The translations under genes were made by a program, and so were the position numbers. Under the pieces are notes generated by a model. It did not search any database. It was given only the letters and a program-made list of their open reading frames with translations, and had not been told where the DNA came from. A stretch of DNA of 64,000 bases from Rhynchobatus australiae. Lineage: Eukaryota. This document shows positions 57,961 through 64,000 of this stretch, in pieces (the first letter of the stretch is position 1; each line of letters opens with the position of its first letter). The stretch spans positions 74,018,331-74,082,330 of the forward strand of contig JAUZTB010000135.1 in assembly GCA_034780895.1 (NCBI GenBank), in the 5' to 3' direction.

Positions 57961-59319
57961 TGATGGTGTTTGGAGCAGGACTAGACCAACCAGTTCCTTG
58001 AGTCTTACCCACCATTCATTTAAGATTGCCTAATCTTATGCTGCAGAGCCCTTTATCAGCACTATCCCCAAATACCTTGATTCTCTTTTAATGTCCTGAA
58101 ATCTGTCAATCTGTGTGAACCTCCACTGCTCTTGGGTAGAGAATTGCAATGTGACCAACTCCTGAAATGTGCTACCAACAAAGTCCTCAGCCTTGCCTGC
58201 AACTATATTTGACTTAGTCAAATGAAAGAAACAGTGATATGTGACTTTGCAGGTAATGTTTTGAACCTGAAGGCATACATCCTTCTAGATAGTAAAAGAT
58301 GCCATCAAAGTAGCTTGTTAGTTGCAATTAGTGTGCACTGCAGTCATGGTGCGCTAATTGATGGATGTTCGTTTCAGCCAGGGATCTTAATATTCCCATT
58401 CTTGGAATCAAACCAGTTTTCACTGTTCTGCTGTAAGATTTTTCTACCCTGATTCTGTTCTCCTTTTCCAGCAATTCCTAATGATGCATGCTCACTTTCC
58501 TTTGGAAAGAGTTGGATACTTAAGAGAAAGAAACTCTATGCAAATGTGGGTCTTAAATAATTTAAGTAATGAACAGTGAGGGAAGCCAACGAATCCTAGG
58601 TGCCATTCAAATAAATTGAAGCGTTGTTGCTGCTAATGAGTAAACAAATCACCTAAACTGGCGAGGAATCTAATCTCGACCACATCTTTAATTTGCCAAA
58701 ACTCATTGTTGGAGGCACCAATGAGGAGATATTTGGTGAAGGAACATTTATATNNNNNNNNNNTAACTATGCTTTTAAGACCTGGTAATGAAACTTGTAA
58801 TTCTGTAACCAATTATTTGATAAGTGTGTATGCAATTGTTTTCAATTCAGAAATTATTTTTGATTTTCCTAGACTTAACTTTAGATCCAGTACTGGAGAT
58901 TACAAACATTGGATTGAGGAAAAACTTAATTATTTGCATATTTTCCTTGTGGTTCACTAAGTTGGCAATTTTATCAAGGTCAGATTTATAGTTGCCAGCT
59001 TTTATTCAATTATTAATGAATAGACTGATTTTTTCTTTTTTAAGATTTGAATTTATTGACAAGCAATTATTTAGACTTAATGAGATGGTTTGATGCATTT
59101 CTTTCCTGATTCCACCATGGAGTAGTGGGGTGCCGGTATGTGTGGGAGAGGGAGGATATGGAATCCTGAGCAGTGACCCCATCGTTGGTGGGAGTTTGAG
59201 CCATGTTTTTTTCCATTGATGATCCATTTAAGATATAACTGCAAGAAAGCTCCAGTTGTCTGTTTTGACAGGTGAGTGATAATGGCACCAAATGGTCTCT
59301 CTGTTATAGGAGCAGGAGT

Positions 59320-59665
59320 ATTTTGGCTATTGCCTCCAGGATGTGGGCAACATTAATGTCTAATTGTCCCTGAACAGAATACTATGCTTGCCTATTTCAG
59401 AGGGTATTTGACATGAGTATTCTGATTCCTATATGGCCAGAATGAGTAAGGTTGGCAGGTTTCCTTCCCTGAAATGATATTAGTGACCAGATGGATTTTT
59501 ATGACAATCGTGTAGTTTTGTGGCCATCATTACTAATGACGAGCTTTTTAAAATTTATTTGGTAATCTGGAACTTAAATTCCATAGATGTCACAGTGGGT
59601 TTTGAATTTGCATCTTTGAATTGTTCGTCCTGACCTCTGGTTACTAATCTAACCACTGTACCTTA
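59320..59665 (-). mobile_element. tRNA-derived SINE (family of 610-920 and 29370-29850)
   Basis: gtaaggttggcaggtttccttccctgaaatgatattagtgaccagatggatttttatgacaatc...cctctggttactaatc. Confidence 0.7.
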
Positions 59666-59719
59666 AATCTTTTGAGAAAGAGTATTGCATCCACGTGATC
59701 TCTGGTTTTCTGCACTGTG

Positions 59720-60045
59720 CCATTGTTAGATGCTTTGAAATGTAGTCACTGTTGTAATGTCAGAAACTAGATTGTATGTTCAACAATAAGGCAATTTGAT
59801 TTTAATAGTGGAGGATAAATATTAGGATACTGTGGAAAAGCTTTGGCCTGCTCTTCAAATCCGTGCAGTGGGATCTTTAACATTTGCCAAATGTAGCCTT
59901 TGTTTAAAAGCTTACTTGAACACTTCCACTTCTACCAGTGGAAGTACCCAGTACCATTCAGGTGTTGTCTGGATCATGCCTTTGCCTCTTTTATGGGGCT
60001 TGAATCCATGCATTTTGTGAAGTACTGACTAGGTGACAATTAACA
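59720..60045 (-). mobile_element. Deu-domain SINE
   Basis: tgtagtcactgttgtaatgt...gaggataaatatt...cctgctcttcaaat...gtgggatcttt...ggggcttgaatcc. Confidence 0.7.
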
Positions 60046-60409
60046 CATGCTCAGTATTGGGTATATTTGAATGGTTACCGATAATGCATCTGCCAAGCCA
60101 CTTGCTCAGTTATGCCATCCTTTCACCCAGGGATGAGTTATACCAGAAATGAGAGGGTTGGGGCCATGTCAGAGGTTAAACTGAAGAACATTTGGAACAG
60201 ACGCCAAATCTGCCCCACATTCAATGGAGGGGGATGATATGGCCATTTAAGTATAATGCCTGTTTTCATTGTAAAAGTAATTTTGTTTATAACCACAAGT
60301 GTTTGGATTTGTAGGCCTCTGGCACCTCAGCAAATGAAAGCAGACAAAATGTGCTAAATCTCAAATGTAAATGATTTTTCAGCACTGTTTCTAAGTGTTT
60401 GCTTCTCAG

Positions 60410-61600
60410 CAGAGGTACATGAGGCCTTCAAGCCTGTTTAGCCATCAAATCAGATTGTGGTTGATCCTTGACCTAAATATACATACCTGCTTTAAACTAC
60501 TAACCCTGACATTCTTGTTAACCTAAGGTATTATCAATCTCAGATCAAAACTAACAATTGACTTTAATTGCCATTTGTGTTTATTATTTTTCCCAAAATT
60601 CTACCTCCCTTTGGAGTATTTTCAGACTTCACTCTTGAAAGACCTGGCTTTGCATTTTTTTAAGAAAGTTGCCTAGATCAGTGAAAGTGATTCCATGTTT
60701 CACATTACTTCTCCTTGCTATGTTTAACTTGAACAAATTACTCCTTAATCTTGCCAATTCCAGGAACTACAATGTGAATTTGTGTAATCATTCCTTATAA
60801 TAGCCCTTGAAATCTAGGTATCAGTCTGACAAATCTATAGTACAATCCTTCAAAGATCATATATCCTCAAGGTATGCTCAGAGCTGCTCATGTTATTCCA
60901 GGTTAAGTCAAATTGGCCCTCTGGCATTATTTCTACCCATTTGTAGTTTAGTACCTTAATATTTAAGGTCAACATTCCATTGACCTTTTTGATTATTTTC
61001 TGGACTTATTTGTAACATTTGAAGCTCCATGCCTGGTTCCTCAAACTGTCTTTGCACTTATTGCTGCTTTTAGGTTTTTTACCCTTTGGGGAATATTCTA
61101 CTTTATCCTTTAAGGTCCGGGATGGATGACGTTTGTCTACATTACAGGCTCTTTGCCAAGATTTTGAGTATTATCTAATCTATTAATGTCTTTGTAATGT
61201 TAGTATTTATACTACCTGCTATTCTGCTCATGTTTGTGATATTTTCATATTTAATGTCTTTCTATCTATCATCTAGTCATTAATTCAGTGGTTGACGCTA
61301 TAGCACAGATACTTAGATTACCGATTACCAGTAGTTTGTTAAAAATTCAGCCAATTATCCTAGCCATCTTTTCACCCAGCCAATTTCCTAACCTTGTCTA
61401 TAATTTGCTTTCAGCTGCAAGAGCTTCTGCTTTGGCATAGAGTCTTGCATGGGAGTGTCTTTAAAAGCCTTCTAGAAGTACTTCTAAATGGCATCCTTTG
61501 ATCACTCTACAAAATTAAGTAAACTTTACTTATCAAGTTCAGAGAGGTAGTACGTGGTTGCAGTAGGAACACCTTGAAGATCTTAACCAAGATCTAGTCT
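60410..61600 (-). mobile_element. Degenerate CR1 3' region
   Basis: gaggccttcaagcctgtttagccatcaaatcagattgtggttgatc start; aaaagccttctagaagt further in. Confidence 0.65.
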
Positions 61601-61639
61601 TTCCCTCTATCCTGCAGCACACTATTTGCTACAGTCTTG

Positions 61640-63150
61640 ATACTTACCCAGTCTAGCAAGAAAGGTCATTTGGCAATTGGAAAAACAAGGTCCTTGGAGT
61701 GGATGAAATCTGTGCTGAACTATTAAACATGGCAGAGTACCACTTCTGGCATGAATTTATCTCCCTCACCAGGGAAGACATGAGAATGCTAAGGAATCTT
61801 GAAATCAATATTATCAGACCATCTTCAAGAAAGGAGATAGGTCTAACTGTAGTTATTACAGAAGGGCGGTCTTGCTGTCTGCTGTAGGGAATGTTATCAA
61901 ATCCTCCTCAGTTGCTTCATTCCACTGTTGTGATGCTGATTCTGTCCAGCAAGTGGAAGGTTTCCATTGCACAACAAATCCAATATCCAAAAAATGTAGA
62001 AAGCAGCACTAGCCACTGTACTTGGTTTTTATCAACTTCACAGAAGCTTTGGATTTAGAAATTGTAGAGAATCCTTATTTGGGTGTCTTGAGAAATCTAT
62101 TACTGTTCTGCATATGTTACATAATGACGTGTAAGTCATAATCCTAACAGATGCATCACAGATGTAGCCTCAGTGTAAGCCAGTGTCACTGCACCAATTT
62201 TGTTCCTTGCGGCAAAACTGCATTTCACATCAAACAAGCTCCCTGCTTGACTGGAGTTGATCTGTAGACCACACGAGAAAACGTTGAACCCTTTTTTCCC
62301 TTTCCAGAATTATGATCATCTTGACCTCAGTCATCAGCCTGTAGTGTATGCAGGGAATGTGTTCATGTGTGCTCATTAAATGACTGAACCTCCAGTGACT
62401 TGCTCAGTGAAGCATGAGAAGGTGGGCCTTGCACTGAATGTCTGAAGTCAAAGGTTCTCTAACAACCTGCCTTTTTGCAAAACTCTGCTGCCAATAATTG
62501 AGATCTGTGTTGTCACCTGAAAATGCAGATCACTTTCCATAACCTAGACAACTCTCAGCACAGAAGGGTGTGGTGATGCAATTCTCTGTTGTCAATGCAA
62601 TTTTCCATTGCCTTCTGCTGACTCAGATGGTGTCAAAGGCCAAGATTTCAAATCCAGCACAAGCTTGTACAGTTTGAGTAGCAATGATCTCCATTCTCCT
62701 GTCTGTGTCAGGGACATGGGCAATCTCGTTAGGCACCTTAAAGCATTGGTGAAGTACCATACTTATTACCTCTGCAAAATTCAAGTGGGATGCCAGAATA
62801 GATGAAACGTGTGAATGCCAAGCCAACATTCTCAGCATGCCCAACACTAGACTCCTGAAATGCACACTTTCCTGAGATCTGCAAGGCAAGAGATTTCCCA
62901 TGGGGAGCAGAGAAAACTCCTCAGATGTTCTCTCATGGAAAAGTGTAACATTCCTGGCCTAAAGTAGAAAAGCTTATGAAAAGGCAATGGACATCTTAAA
63001 TCTCCATGACAAAGGTACATAAGGGCTAACTGTGAATGGTGGAAGTAGCACACAATGTATCCAAAAACCCATACACCTCTCCCTAGAGCACTATCTGCCC
63101 CATCTATGACAGGTTCACTTAAGACTCATTACCATCAAAGCAAGCATTTC
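61640..63150 (+). mobile_element. Decayed RTE-clade LINE
   Basis: tttatcaacttcacagaagctttg (FIDLTKAF-like), gagaaggtgggccttgcactgaatgtc, gatcactttccataccta-like, tacctctgcaaaattc...tggcagaatag-like; paralogous to 49700-51300. Confidence 0.65.
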
Positions 63151-64000
63151 GGGCTGTGGAATAACATTGTGGGAATTTTTTTGATTCACAATTGAACAAG
63201 GGAAAGTGAAGGTACCTGGAGAACCTTTATAGACCTTTTAATCAGGGGTGTTAGCTTTCAATGTATATGTAATCCAAAATCTAATAGTAAACAGAATTTT
63301 TAAGTGGCAAAAACTGCATGAAACCTTGTATTTGAAAATATGAAGAAGTGTAGGTTTTAATACAGAATTGATCTTTCAAGCAGATAGAAGTTCAAGTGCC
63401 ATTTACCTGACTCAGGATGTATCTATCTTGCCTTGGCATTTTGTTGGCATTGTTATTTACCATGAGGTGCTATGTTATGGCCTAATTTGCATGACACCCA
63501 TCTTTGCTCACAATCTGATCCTGATTTTTGTTAATGGTTTTGCTGGTTTTGCATTTTTCTGGGAGTTGAATGTGGGTATGCAGAGAGAGGGAAGAAGAAG
63601 AGATCACATTTGGTGCATGATGACAGAGAAGAATGAATTTGAAGAGGGGAGAATGCGACCCAGATGGTTATTACAGCTGCAGTAGTTGCAAGTCTAGCAG
63701 AAACGTATCTTACCCATTAGGGAATGTTTTGCTGAAAGAGCTTTATATAGTGGGGAGTTGAAATATTCTAACAGTTATCACTAGGCCATCTCAATACTCG
63801 TTCATCTGTTGACTGTAGGATTTCAAGTAAACAGATTATTTGCCTCCGGAAAGTACAGTTACTTTTAAACTAAGCAGGCAATAACAAAGTTTTATAATTG
63901 TATACTATTACTTCTCTCTGGTATGGATTGATGTGTGACTAGTAAGAATTGACTTTGTGCATTACAAGCTTCTATTGCAATGTCAGCTACAATACATTAC

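Larger units (their letters stand above)
38508..64000 (+). other. CHD7: CHD7 intron 2 (partial)
   Basis: Starts GTGAGT. No sequence encoding the expected next exon (HSPSEPFL...poly-K) was found up to the window end. Confidence 0.8.

Overview
Eukaryotic genomic DNA from a vertebrate. The repeat content (V-domain/HE1-type SINEs, Deu-domain SINEs, CR1, Penelope-derived elements) points to a cartilaginous fish, probably a ray or sawfish; this is an inference. The window holds the 5' end of CHD7 on the + strand: a CpG-island promoter (~10.4-12.5 kb), a probable non-coding first exon with a donor at 11887, a ~24.8 kb intron 1, the large first coding exon (36671-38507; ATG 36858, 550 codons, phase-0 donor) and >25 kb of intron 2. 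Exon 3 is not seen. The rest is mostly decayed transposable elements (CR1, L2-group, RTE, Penelope, Tigger, several SINE families), N-masked tracts and a few repeat-free blocks that look like conserved non-coding elements. I found no prokaryote-type system and no second gene. The most unusual unexplained structure is a long inverted repeat in intron 1 (~22.7-23.4 kb). It has a perfect 31-bp core carrying a CTCF-like motif, with an octamer next to it in each arm. Repeat names and boundaries come from recognition by eye and are approximate; comparisons to human CHD7 are from recall, not alignment.
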